Source: Planctomycetota bacterium (GTDB taxonomy: Bacteria; Planctomycetota; GCA-002687715). From it: 64,000 bases of DNA. The first letter of the stretch is position 1, and the number at the start of each line of letters is the position of its first letter. Position numbers and translations under genes: made by a program. Location of the stretch: the NCBI GenBank assembly GCA_009691765.1, contig SIAO01000007.1:5348-69347 (forward strand), read 5' to 3'. Positions 20,980-30,534 of this stretch are shown here, in pieces. Under the pieces are notes generated by a model that made no database searches, was not told the origin of the DNA, and saw nothing but the letters and a program-made list of their open reading frames with translations.

Positions 20980-23553
20980 ATGCATTCACCCCGCTCGACA
21001 CTTTTCCTGTTGCTCTGCTTACTCGCCGCGTGCAGTAACGACCCTCGCGTCGGTCCGACCGAGGATGGCGCGTGGGTCGTCAACACCTTGCAGCGCATCG
21101 AACCAGCAGGCTCGACCCTACTGCTGCCAACGCGACCTGTAGCACTATCTCTGTCGCCCACAGGCGCGTACTTGGTGGCCAAAGACAACAAGGGCCTCGC
21201 GTTGTTCCGCACCGCGCCTTTCGAGGAATTGCAACGCCTCGCGTTCCCGAGCAACGGTGGTTCACCTCACGGACTCATCTTCATCGACGCGCACCGTGTC
21301 ATCGCCAGCGACAGCGGCAGTAGTTTGCATGTTGCAAGCCTCGAAGCCGACAAGCTCACTTGGACACAACGCATCGCGTGTCCGAAACCAGCAATCGGTG
21401 GCAACGCCTTCCCTTGCGGCATGGCGCTTGCTGCAGACGGCACCACGCTTTATGTCGCTCTCTCGCGCAACAACAGTTTGGGGGTTGTCGATCTCCTCAC
21501 GGGCAAATGCAGTGCTGAGATTCCTGTGGGTGCCGCTCCCTACGATGTTGTGTTGAGCACTGATGGGGAGCGCGCTTGGGTGAGCGATTGGGCTGGCGGC
21601 CCGCCGCTCGCTGGCCAAGCTGCAGCACTAAGTTCTGGCACTCTCGTAGCCGTCGACGCGCGCGGCGTTGCATGCAGCGGCTTTGTCTCCGTCGTCGATC
21701 TTGCCGCCCAGCGCGAGTTGCAACGTATTCCTGTCGGTTTGCACCCTGGTGATTTGCTGGCTGACGGCAGCGGCCTCTTGTTCTGTGCTAATGCGAACAG
21801 TGACAGCGTCAGCGTCATCGACACACAGACGCTCCGCGTCGTGAACACCATCGCGGTGCAGCCCATCGCAGACCTGCCATTCGGCTGCACGCCACTGGCT
21901 CTGGCTTTCGACACGACGAAGCGCCATCTGTCTGTAGCCTTGGCCAACACCAACGCCATCGCGACTTTTGCAATCAGCGCAGACGGCAAGAGTGCAACGC
22001 GAGTGGGGCTTGTGCCAGCGGGCTGGTATCCGGGCGCACTCGTACGCGCGAAGGACAACTTGTATGTCGCCAACGTCAAAGGCATCGGCCCGCGCGTGCC
22101 GCGTTTGGATAAGAAAGGCGAAGCTGCTGGCGTGGAGAGTTTTAATACGCATCGGCATCAAGGCAGTATCACGGCCATGCCTCTTGCATTGGTTGATGAA
22201 GAACAGTCTGCGTTGCAGCATCGCGCTGTTGCTGATGCACGCTTGCAAGAGGCCTTCCGCGGTGCGCACCCGCAAGCGCAACGCCCAGCCACACGCGTCG
22301 TGCCCCGCGGCCCCGGAGAATCATCGCCGCTGCGCCATGTGGTTTACATCATCAAAGAGAACCGCACCTACGACCAAGTCTTCGGAGATTTGCCACAAGG
22401 TGACGGTGAACCGCGGCTCTGCATTTTCCCGCGCGCCATCACGCCCAACCATCACGCTCTCGCCGAGGAATTTGTATTGCTCGACAACTACTACTGCAAC
22501 GGCGTGCTTAGTGCCGACGGCCACTCATGGGCTACGGAAGCCTGGGCCTCAGACCACTTCGAAAAGTCCTTCGGTGGTTTCACGCGCTCGTACACCTCCG
22601 GCGACGACGCGGCGGCATACTCCCCTAAAGGCCACATCTGGAATCTGGTGTTGGAACATGGTCTCACCTTCCGCAACTTCGGTGAAATGGTGCACACAGA
22701 ACTGAATCCAGCAAACCTCGATTGGGCCAGCGTTCGTGCTGCGCAGCGCAACACGACGATTCCGATGACTCACCAGATCTTCCTCGAACCGCTACAGGCT
22801 GTGAGCGAACCCGGCGCGGCGGGCTGGAACTTGGGCGTGCCGGATCAGGCGCGCGCGGATGTTTTTATCGCGGCACTCAAGCGTTGCGAGGCATCGGGCC
22901 AGTTCCCCAATCTCAGCATCCTCTATCTCCCGCAAGATCACACTTCTGGAACAGCTCCCGGCAAGCCCACTCCGCGCGCACATGTCGGCGACAACGATCT
23001 CGCCCTTGGCCGCGTCGTCGAAGCACTCTCGCAAAGCCGCTTCTGGAACGAGATGGTCATCTTCGTCAACGAAGACGATCCGCAAAACGGCTTCGACCAC
23101 ATCGATGGCCACCGGTCGCTGTGCCTCGTGGTTTCGCCGTACACGAAGCGGGGCAGCGTGTCCTCGCGCTTCGCAAATCAGACCAGTGTGCTGCACACCA
23201 TTGAAGCCATTCTTGGGCTCCCCCCGCTCACACAGATGGATGCCGCAGCGCCACTCATGGACTTCTGCTTCACGACCACTGCCGACACACGGCCATACCG
23301 CTGTCGTCCAGCGGGCGTGGATATTGATGAGCTCACACCACAACCGAAGACAGCGAAAGAAAAGGCCTTTGCCGCGCTGACAGAGGCTCAAGACTTGGCG
23401 CGCGTGGATGCCGCCGATGAAGACTCTCTCAACCGCATCCTCTGGTTTGCGATGCGCGGCGACGAACCCTACCCAGCAGATTGGGCCGGGCCTCATGGCC
23501 GAGGGCTCGCGTCGAAACACCTGCGCTTGGAATCAGCAACGAAGTCGCGCTAA
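20980..23553 (+). CDS. Lipoprotein: YncE/YVTN beta-propeller + alkaline-phosphatase-superfamily phosphoesterase
   Basis: Lipobox LAAC; IPVGAAP/IPVGLHP repeats; IIKENRTYD, SADGH, DHTSG, EDDPQNGFDHIDGHRS. Confidence 0.88.
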   Translation: MHSPRSTLFLLLCLLAACSNDPRVGPTEDGAWVVNTLQRIEPAGSTLLLPTRPVALSLSPTGAYLVAKDNKGLALFRTAPFEELQRLAFPSNGGSPHGLIFIDAHRVIASDSGSSLHVASLEADKLTWTQRIACPKPAIGGNAFPCGMALAADGTTLYVALSRNNSLGVVDLLTGKCSAEIPVGAAPYDVVLSTDGERAWVSDWAGGPPLAGQAAALSSGTLVAVDARGVACSGFVSVVDLAAQRELQRIPVGLHPGDLLADGSGLLFCANANSDSVSVIDTQTLRVVNTIAVQPIADLPFGCTPLALAFDTTKRHLSVALANTNAIATFAISADGKSATRVGLVPAGWYPGALVRAKDNLYVANVKGIGPRVPRLDKKGEAAGVESFNTHRHQGSITAMPLALVDEEQSALQHRAVADARLQEAFRGAHPQAQRPATRVVPRGPGESSPLRHVVYIIKENRTYDQVFGDLPQGDGEPRLCIFPRAITPNHHALAEEFVLLDNYYCNGVLSADGHSWATEAWASDHFEKSFGGFTRSYTSGDDAAAYSPKGHIWNLVLEHGLTFRNFGEMVHTELNPANLDWASVRAAQRNTTIPMTHQIFLEPLQAVSEPGAAGWNLGVPDQARADVFIAALKRCEASGQFPNLSILYLPQDHTSGTAPGKPTPRAHVGDNDLALGRVVEALSQSRFWNEMVIFVNEDDPQNGFDHIDGHRSLCLVVSPYTKRGSVSSRFANQTSVLHTIEAILGLPPLTQMDAAAPLMDFCFTTTADTRPYRCRPAGVDIDELTPQPKTAKEKAFAALTEAQDLARVDAADEDSLNRILWFAMRGDEPYPADWAGPHGRGLASKHLRLESATKSR

Positions 23554-23613
23554 AGAAGCAGGGGCGAACTGCCAAAGACAGCCCGCCCCTTTCCCTTCAA
23601 ACAACAAACACTG

Positions 23614-24753
23614 TCAGGGCATGGATGTGCGCGTTTGCAACAGGTCGGATGTGTAGAGCATGGCGCCGGCGGGGCACACTGCAGCCCACTGCGCGAACAC
23701 CGTGAATCCTGGCGGCACGACCAACGGGGCATTCAAGAACGCTTGACCAAGGCCATTCGTAGGCAGGAACATCGTGATCAAAGAAGCGCTAGCTACGTTC
23801 AGCCACAGATTCGAACCAGAAGGCAACACGATCGGCGCAGCAAGGAACACCACGTCGAGTCCAAGCAGCACAACGCCTGCGATGGGTCCGCCTTGCAAAG
23901 TGAGTTGGAAACCCATGTTGCCGCTATAGACCGGGCTGTTGACCCACGCATCCATGGGCATCGGCATGCACACCGCGCCTTGCGACAAATCTGCGGGCAG
24001 ATCGAGGAATGCGAGGCCTTGCGTGTTCACGGTTGAGAGCGGCACGATCATGCCACCGAGCAAGCGCACCGCGACATTGCTGTAGCTGACATAGAGCGCG
24101 CCACCGCCCGCCACGAAATCGGATGTATCGAGAGCGAGACCCGTCGCTAGGCCAGGTGGCGCGTATGCCGGCGGAGTGATGGCGAGCAGCGCACCTGCGG
24201 CTGTGAAGCGCAACAAAAAGCTGTTCTCCGCGATGGCGAGCACATTGCCAGTAGTCGGATCAAACTCGAGACCCGTCAAGCGAGTCGGCGTACCTGCGTA
24301 GGGGCTTGGCCACGGGCCGGTAACGAACACTCCTGCGCCGAAGTTGTATTCACCGATGAGCCAACCGTCGGTGATCCACAAGCATCCTGTGGCCTTCGAA
24401 TAGGCCAGGCCCGTGATCTGATTGAAGAAAGGAGGCATGGGCAAGAAACCGAACGGGCCGATGCCAGGCTGCACTGTCGGGATCGGCATGCAAGCCAACT
24501 GAACGCCGTTGGTGTAGAAGAATCGACGCCCTTGTTGATCGATGGCGGCCCCACCCAACGGGAAACCCGTTGCCGCCAGAACGGGAAGCGTGCCGACGCT
24601 TCCGCGCACGCCGCCGAGGGGCGCTGCCGGTGAAATGGTTAACGAACGACCATAGTCCTGTGCCGCTGGACTGGCGTAGCTGACAAGACTCTGGGCAGGG
24701 ACGAGAGTGCAGAGGGCGAAGGCAAGAACGAGGAACAGACTTGGGCTTCTCAT
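23614..24753 (-). CDS. Secreted hypothetical protein, paralog A (propeller-like repeats + C-terminal domain)
   Basis: Signal peptide ending AQ; TGLA/TGLE repeats; SD AAGGAG; colinear with the adjacent gene. Confidence 0.8.
   Translation of the reverse strand: MRSPSLFLVLAFALCTLVPAQSLVSYASPAAQDYGRSLTISPAAPLGGVRGSVGTLPVLAATGFPLGGAAIDQQGRRFFYTNGVQLACMPIPTVQPGIGPFGFLPMPPFFNQITGLAYSKATGCLWITDGWLIGEYNFGAGVFVTGPWPSPYAGTPTRLTGLEFDPTTGNVLAIAENSFLLRFTAAGALLAITPPAYAPPGLATGLALDTSDFVAGGGALYVSYSNVAVRLLGGMIVPLSTVNTQGLAFLDLPADLSQGAVCMPMPMDAWVNSPVYSGNMGFQLTLQGGPIAGVVLLGLDVVFLAAPIVLPSGSNLWLNVASASLITMFLPTNGLGQAFLNAPLVVPPGFTVFAQWAAVCPAGAMLYTSDLLQTRTSMP
24285..24522. repeat. 238-bp near-identical repeat, copy 1 (copy 2 at 25598-25835)
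   Basis: Manual alignment gives 4 mismatches in 238 bp. Confidence 0.9.
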
Positions 24754-24869
24754 AATGGTCTCCTTTCGCGCCGGATGGCGTCGAGATACGAGCCCATAGA
24801 AAAGGCACGCCAATCATTTCATGCGAAGACCCAGGTGGCACTACATTTCTCAGGCTGCAAAACGGCGAA

Positions 24870-24898
24870 CGGCGGGCTGACACTGAGTCAACCCGCCG
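24870..24898 (-). terminator. Stem-loop between the paralogs, putative terminator
   Basis: CGGCGGG-C-TGAC...GTCA-A-CCCGCCG inverted repeat 20 bp after the paralog B stop. Confidence 0.5.
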
Positions 24899-24917
24899 CG
24901 CGATGCATGAGCAAGAC

Positions 24918-26066
24918 TCAGGGCATAGAGACCATGATCTGCAACATGTCTGAGGTGTAGAGCAGTCCACCCATGGGGCAAATCGCCGCCCACTGCGTGA
25001 AGGCTGTGAAGCCAGGCGGCAAGAACAGCGGAGCTGCGAGGAATGCGCTACCGGCAATGTTGGTAGGCAAAGGAATCACAATCAGCGTCATGCTCGCAGG
25101 GTTCAGCCACAGATTAGAACCCGAGGGCAGCAAGATCGGGACGGGCAAGAACGCAATGTCGACGCCCAAGATCACCACCGATAGCGGTGGTCCACCTTGA
25201 AGCTCAAGTTGGAACCCGGCGTTATTCACATAGGAGGGACTGTTCTGCCACGCATCCATGGGCATGCCTGGGCAAATAGCACCTTGGGGCAAGTCTGCGG
25301 GCAGCGCCACAAATGCGAGACCCTGAGTCTGTGCCATGCTCAGCGGCACCGTGGCGCCGTTGTTCCAAAGTACCGCCGTGTTGTTGTAGCTCACATAGGC
25401 TATGGAGAACGCAGTGCCGGCCATCGTAAAGCCTCGGCCTTCGATGGCGAGCCCCGTCGCCAACCCAGGTGGAACGTATGTGGGTGGATTGTTGGAGAGC
25501 AGCGCGCCGCCCGGCGTGAAGTGCAACAAATTGCTGAACTCACTCACCGCCACAACATTCCCCGTGGCTGAATCAAAGTCGAGGCCTGTCAAACGAATCG
25601 GCGTACCTGCGTAGGGGCTTGGCCACGGGCCGGTAACGAACACTCCTGCGCCGAAGTTGTATTCACCGATGAACCAGCCGTCGGTGATCCACAAGCATCC
25701 TGTGGCCTGCGAATAGGCCATGCCCGTGATCTGATTGAAGAAAGGAGGCATGGGCAAGAAACCGAACGGGCCGATGCCAGGCTGCACTGTCGGGATCGGC
25801 ATGCAAGCCAACTGAACGCCGTTGGTGTAGAAGAAGCGATGGCCTTGCTGGTCCACGGCGGCTCCACCGAAAGGAAACCCTGTCGCAGCAAGAATCGGGA
25901 TCGTGGGTGCTGTGCCACGCATACCGCCGCCAAGCGCCGCTGGTGAGATCGTCAGGGCACGACCGTAGTCCTGTGCTCCTGGACTGGCGTAGCTGACAAG
26001 GCTTTGTGCATGCACACAGAGCGCCATGGAAAAGACGAGCCCGAAAACTTTGATGCTGCTGCTCAT
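24918..26066 (-). CDS. Secreted hypothetical protein, paralog B
   Basis: Signal peptide ending AQ; colinear with paralog A; SD AAGGAG. Confidence 0.8.
   Translation of the reverse strand: MSSSIKVFGLVFSMALCVHAQSLVSYASPGAQDYGRALTISPAALGGGMRGTAPTIPILAATGFPFGGAAVDQQGHRFFYTNGVQLACMPIPTVQPGIGPFGFLPMPPFFNQITGMAYSQATGCLWITDGWFIGEYNFGAGVFVTGPWPSPYAGTPIRLTGLDFDSATGNVVAVSEFSNLLHFTPGGALLSNNPPTYVPPGLATGLAIEGRGFTMAGTAFSIAYVSYNNTAVLWNNGATVPLSMAQTQGLAFVALPADLPQGAICPGMPMDAWQNSPSYVNNAGFQLELQGGPPLSVVILGVDIAFLPVPILLPSGSNLWLNPASMTLIVIPLPTNIAGSAFLAAPLFLPPGFTAFTQWAAICPMGGLLYTSDMLQIMVSMP
25598..25835. repeat. 238-bp near-identical repeat, copy 2
   Basis: Matches 24285-24522. Confidence 0.9.
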
Positions 26067-26200
26067 GGGGACTCCTTGAGTGCTCAAAGACTGTGAGCAC
26101 CAACACGACGTAATAGTCCCTTGACCTCAGATATTTCAGCCACTTTGAGATTCGTAGTGTGCGTGCGTAAATATCGCGAAATGGATTCAAACGGCGCGGC

Positions 26201-27481
26201 CTAAACGCGGCGCAGCAACACTGCCGGCACGAGCAGGAGCACGGCGGCAAACATGTAAGGCGCACCAGCACCAAGAGTGAAATAGAGCCATGCTGCAAGG
26301 AACGGACCAAGCGCGCGACCGAGCGCGCCCACGCTACGGAACGATCCGAGTGCCAAGCCCTGCGAATGTTCAGGTGCGCGCAACGACACCAATGCCGTCA
26401 ACGTAGGAGACAAGAAACCGATCCCGCACGCAATGAGTGAAATGCCTATCCACAGGAACAGCGGATTCCCTGTGCTGTCGACCAACGCGGTGATGAGATT
26501 GCCTGGAATGAGGAGCGCCAAGCCCAAGCCAGCGAGCCGCTTCTCCCCCATGCGCGGCACAAGGCGCCGCACGACACCGCCCTGAATGCTCACGGAACAG
26601 ATCCCAAGCCACACCATGCAGAGCGCACTCTGTCCGCGGCCCCAGTGCAGTTTGTCACCGAGCAAAAACACCAATGTGCTTTCGAATCCGGCAAACGCCG
26701 TCATGAGGAGCAGCCAAGCCACGTTGATACGAGCGATGCCGGTGCCCAGCTTTGCGGAGAAGAGCATGAACGGATTCGCGCTGCGCGTTTGCGCCTCACC
26801 GCGCAATTGCACCGTCAAACTCTCTTGGAACTTGCTGTGCAACATCTGCAGATTGATGAGCGACAGCGCCAGCGCAATACCCGCTGGAATCGAGAAAGGC
26901 GTGAACGCAAACCAACCCGCACCGGCCTCCACGGAAGGCAGCAACGCACTTGCGCCACCGATGGCTGGCCCCACGAGGAAGCCGAGTCCGATGGCGGCGC
27001 CCATCATGCCCATGCCGCGCGAACGCTCTTCACGCGACGTGCAGTCTGCGATCGCTGCGGAGGCTACGGAAATGTTGGCGGCAGCGGTGCCACACAAAAT
27101 GCGCGAGAGTACGAACAGCTCGAAGCGTCCCGCGATCATCCAGAGCGCATAGCCCACGCAACTCAGGCTCACAGTGGACAGCAGGACTTTGCGGCGACCG
27201 ATGCGATCAGAGAGCCTGCCCCACCACGGCGTCACGGCGAATTGCAACAAGGAGTAGAGCGCTGCCAACAACCCACCAAAGAACGCCGCGAGGCGCCCTG
27301 GGTCGTTCACTCCGAAAGTGGCTTGCGACCAAACTTGGAGCCAATGCAACATCCCCTGCTGCTCGGCGCTGTAGTGCCGCAGCAGCTCCGCGAACAGTGG
27401 GAAGACAAGACTGAAGCCTGCAAGATCAAGAAAGAGCGTCAGCAGCAAAGGACGCAAACGCTGAAAGAGGCTTTGTTCCAC
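26201..27481 (-). CDS. MFS transporter (DHA1/TetA-like)
   Basis: WGRLSDRIGRRKVL motif A, GAAIGLGFLVGPAIGG motif C, about 12 TM segments. Start uncertain (GTG 27481 or ATG 27508). Confidence 0.9.
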   Translation of the reverse strand: MEQSLFQRLRPLLLTLFLDLAGFSLVFPLFAELLRHYSAEQQGMLHWLQVWSQATFGVNDPGRLAAFFGGLLAALYSLLQFAVTPWWGRLSDRIGRRKVLLSTVSLSCVGYALWMIAGRFELFVLSRILCGTAAANISVASAAIADCTSREERSRGMGMMGAAIGLGFLVGPAIGGASALLPSVEAGAGWFAFTPFSIPAGIALALSLINLQMLHSKFQESLTVQLRGEAQTRSANPFMLFSAKLGTGIARINVAWLLLMTAFAGFESTLVFLLGDKLHWGRGQSALCMVWLGICSVSIQGGVVRRLVPRMGEKRLAGLGLALLIPGNLITALVDSTGNPLFLWIGISLIACGIGFLSPTLTALVSLRAPEHSQGLALGSFRSVGALGRALGPFLAAWLYFTLGAGAPYMFAAVLLLVPAVLLRRV

Positions 27482-27607
27482 GGGAGGGCAAGATGCTATC
27501 CAACGCATGACCAAGAACAACGATTCTTGTTCAGAGCACCCTGTGAAAACTCTCTGCGCAGAAGCGAAACTATCTGCGGGGCCATCCGTTAGAGTCCAAC
27601 CCAAGAC

Positions 27608-28267
27608 ATGACCGCATGGCCCAACCGCCCCGCATTCGGAATCCTCGCCGCGCTTCGAGCCCGGCGCGTTGTGAATCAAGCCCGCATGGCTCTCATTGCG
27701 GGTGATGGCGAACGTGCCTCGGAGCTTTTAGACGAGGTCTTGGCCAACGGCGTCAAAGACCCCGACTGGCACTGGCTGCATGGCCGCGCTTGCGCATTGT
27801 GCAAAGACCTCGACGGTGCCGAAGCTGGCTACGCCGCTGCGCTCGATGTGGACCCACACCATGCGGCCGCGGAAAAAGCGCTCATGGCACTGCGCGCGGA
27901 ACGCTACCGTCCCGTGCTCAGCGCTTGGCATCTGCATTCCGCCGGTCGGCTCGTAGAGGCCTCCCATGCGTTCGCTGCCGCGCTGCACAATCGAACCGTA
28001 GGCAAGGCCCTTCATCCAGAAGTCTGGACTGGGTTGGGCTGGTGTCACTACGGGCTCGCCGACCCCGCAACGGCTGCTTGGTGTTTTCAACAGGCTGTGG
28101 CGCTTGCTCCGCAATCCGCGCAAGCGCGCCTCGTGGCTTTGCGCAGCGGTATCCCGGTCGTGCTGCTGACTCTGGAACCCACAGATTTCGACCCCTTCGC
28201 AAGCGTGGTGCTGCGCGGCCAATGCGGCCCTCTGATGACAGAGCTCGTGGCCGAACAGCACCAATAA
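27608..28267 (+). CDS. TPR protein ending in a sirtuin-like C-terminal tail (probable deletion chimera)
   Basis: TPR helices (AEAGYAAALDVDP; AAWCFQQAVALAP), then GIPVVLLTLEPTDFDPFASVVLRGQCGPLM resembling a Sir2/CobB C-terminus. Confidence 0.6.
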   Translation: MTAWPNRPAFGILAALRARRVVNQARMALIAGDGERASELLDEVLANGVKDPDWHWLHGRACALCKDLDGAEAGYAAALDVDPHHAAAEKALMALRAERYRPVLSAWHLHSAGRLVEASHAFAAALHNRTVGKALHPEVWTGLGWCHYGLADPATAAWCFQQAVALAPQSAQARLVALRSGIPVVLLTLEPTDFDPFASVVLRGQCGPLMTELVAEQHQ

Positions 28268-28269
28268 GC

Positions 28270-29253
28270 TCAGAGCAGACTCTGCACCACTTCACGCTCG
28301 CTCAGCAACTCTGCGTTGGTCTTCGCAATACGTTCACGCGCAAAGGCGGTGAGCGCCATCGTGGGGACGATTTCGTAACGGCCCGGTGCGATCGTGCGGC
28401 AAGGCATGCCCGACCAAATCTCTGACGCGAAACCGTACTCACCCGCGCTGCGCACGGCCATGCTGTAGATACCGCTGCCCACTGTGTTCAGCGACTTCAC
28501 ATGATCGATCAGCGCATTCGCCGCAGATGTTGCCGACGAAACGCCTCGCGCTTCAATGATGGCAGCGCCACGCTTGCCGACGATGCTCAAGAAATCCGTT
28601 TCGAGCCACGCGCGGTCCGCAATCACTTCGGTGACTTCTTTGTCATTCACTTTGGCGTTGAAGAAGTCGGCGAACATCGTTGGGCTGTGATTGCCGTAAA
28701 CCACGATGTCCGAAATGTCGTTGATGCCACAACCGCACTTAGCTGCGAGTTGGGCCAGCGCACGGTTCTGGTCGAGGCGCATCATGGCGGTGACACTGGT
28801 CTTAGGCAGACGCTTGAAGCGCGAGGCACAAATCATGGCGTTGGTGTTGCAGGGATTTCCAACCACCACCACCTTGGCGTCGTCGGCCGCAACTTCGTCA
28901 ATGACTTCGCCCTGTCCAACAAAGATTCGCCCGTTGTCCTTCAACAAGTCGGCGCGCTCCATACCTGGCCCACGCGGCTTACTGCCGACCAGCAGGCACC
29001 ACGACGCATCCTTGAACGCCACCTTGGGATCACTGGTGAGCACCATGCCGTGCAACAGGGGGAAAGCGCAATCGGCAAGCTCCATCGCCACGCCCTTCAA
29101 GGCAAGCTGAGCCTTCTCCGCCGGTATTTCGAGGAGTTGCAAAATCACAGGTTGATCAAGCCCGAGCATCTCGCCCGCAGCAATACGCGGCAGCAAGGAG
29201 TAACAGATCTGACCGGCAGCTCCGGTCACAGCAACGCGGATAGGTGGCTTCAC
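28270..29253 (-). CDS. mdh: Malate dehydrogenase (cytosolic/type 2-like)
   Basis: [44 protein letters not shown]. Confidence 0.96.
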   Translation of the reverse strand: MKPPIRVAVTGAAGQICYSLLPRIAAGEMLGLDQPVILQLLEIPAEKAQLALKGVAMELADCAFPLLHGMVLTSDPKVAFKDASWCLLVGSKPRGPGMERADLLKDNGRIFVGQGEVIDEVAADDAKVVVVGNPCNTNAMICASRFKRLPKTSVTAMMRLDQNRALAQLAAKCGCGINDISDIVVYGNHSPTMFADFFNAKVNDKEVTEVIADRAWLETDFLSIVGKRGAAIIEARGVSSATSAANALIDHVKSLNTVGSGIYSMAVRSAGEYGFASEIWSGMPCRTIAPGRYEIVPTMALTAFARERIAKTNAELLSEREVVQSLL

Positions 29254-29422
29254 GGCAGTTCCTCGCGCCAAGTCGCGGAAGAAGTTTCCGTCGATGGCGC
29301 TCGACTATAGCGAGCTCATGGCAGTGTCCCATCCCATGAGAACGCGGCGCAAGTAACGTGCGGCACGGCATGCTGGTGCACTCCGTGTCACAATGCCGCG
29401 CACAGGAGATATCGCCGTGGAC

Positions 29423-29752
29423 ATGCTCATCGTTACAACTTTCGAGGTTCCCGGGTTTCACGTGAAAGAATGCAAAGGCCTCGTGCGCGGCATCACCGTG
29501 CGCTCCCCTAACATTGGTCAAGGTTTTCTTGCTAGCTTCCGCAGCATTGTCGGGGGCCGAGTCGGGTCGTTCGTGACCGTTTGCGAACAAGCTCGAGAAG
29601 AAGCGCTGCTGCAGGTCGTGGAACACGCCAAGCAGATTGGCGCAAACGCCGTGGTGGGATTGCGTTACGACAGCGGAGAGGTGGGCTCGGCGGGGTTTGC
29701 CGAAGTCCTCGCCTATGGCACGGCCGTGGTGATCGAAAAAAACAACGCGTAA
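29423..29752 (+). CDS. YbjQ/UPF0145 family protein
   Basis: GLVRGITVRS, AREEAL, GANAVVGLRYD, EVLAYGTAV. Confidence 0.92.
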   Translation: MLIVTTFEVPGFHVKECKGLVRGITVRSPNIGQGFLASFRSIVGGRVGSFVTVCEQAREEALLQVVEHAKQIGANAVVGLRYDSGEVGSAGFAEVLAYGTAVVIEKNNA

Positions 29753-29806
29753 GCGCAACGCTTGACTATGCCGTGCGTTAGATGAGCCCAAGGAGATCTG
29801 ACTACT

Positions 29807-30310
29807 ATGATGAAACTGACCCTAGGCGTCGCTTTGATGGCGCTCGCCGCCTGTGCCCAAACCGAAACACCGAGAGAGCAACCGTCCCCTGGCGAGATGA
29901 GCCAGCAATTCCGCAGCCTCGAGCAACGCGTACGCCAGTTGGAAGAACGCAACAGTGAAGAGGCGCGGCCTGAGCGCCAGAGCGGCCAACCACAACAGCG
30001 CGGAACCAGCGAGCGCCCGCAACGCGACGAAGTGAAAGCTCGTGGCCAACGCCCACAACGCGACGATGCAGAGCCCAGCGCAAGGCAGCCGCGTCAAGAC
30101 AAAGAGATGAAGCCTGACGGCCAACGCCCACAGCGTGGTGAAGCGAAGCCGCGCGGTGCGCAGCGCCCGCAGAATGAAGACATGAAGCCTCGTGACGAAC
30201 GACGCCCTGAAGGCGAGCAGCCACAAGGTCGGCCAGTCCAGCGCCGCGAACAAGATCGACCGAACGAAGATAAAAACTCCGCTCCGCGCAAAAACCGCCG
30301 CGACGGCTGA
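29807..30310 (+). CDS. Low-complexity Q/R/P/E-rich lipoprotein
   Basis: Lipobox LAAC, SD AAGGAG, short coiled coil, then repeated QRPQR(D/G)(D/E) units. Confidence 0.75.
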   Translation: MMKLTLGVALMALAACAQTETPREQPSPGEMSQQFRSLEQRVRQLEERNSEEARPERQSGQPQQRGTSERPQRDEVKARGQRPQRDDAEPSARQPRQDKEMKPDGQRPQRGEAKPRGAQRPQNEDMKPRDERRPEGEQPQGRPVQRREQDRPNEDKNSAPRKNRRDG

Positions 30311-30384
30311 GTATTCCTCCTGCCATGAAGAGCGCTTCGAGGCCCAAAGCCCCGGAGCGCGACTTTTTGGGGAGCGCACTCTCC

Positions 30385-30471
30385 GCCGAAGTGCTCTCGC
30401 ACATGCGCCCGGATTCCCCTGGCATCGCCGTTGTGCAGCACATGCCTGCCAAGTTCACGACTTCGTTGGCT
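30385..30471 (+). pseudogene. Fragment of chemotaxis methylesterase CheB
   Basis: EVLSHMRPDSPGIAVVQHMPAKFTTSLA matches the CheB VQHMP..FT region; flanks are unrelated. Confidence 0.6.
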
Positions 30472-30520
30472 TGCAACTCCTGCGCAGCAGGGCCTGATCA
30501 AGAACCGTAATCGGCTCCTG

Positions 30521-30526
30521 TATGAT
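30521..30526 (+). promoter_or_regulatory. Putative -10 box for a leaderless/short-leader transcript
   Basis: TATGAT 8 nt before ATG 30535, no SD sequence. Confidence 0.5.
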
Positions 30527-30534
30527 CCGCGCCC

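Noticed and set aside
24285-25835. Diversity-generating retroelement TR/VR pair
   Set aside because: Only 4 mismatches, both copies lie inside intact paralogous ORFs, and there is no reverse transcriptase in the window.
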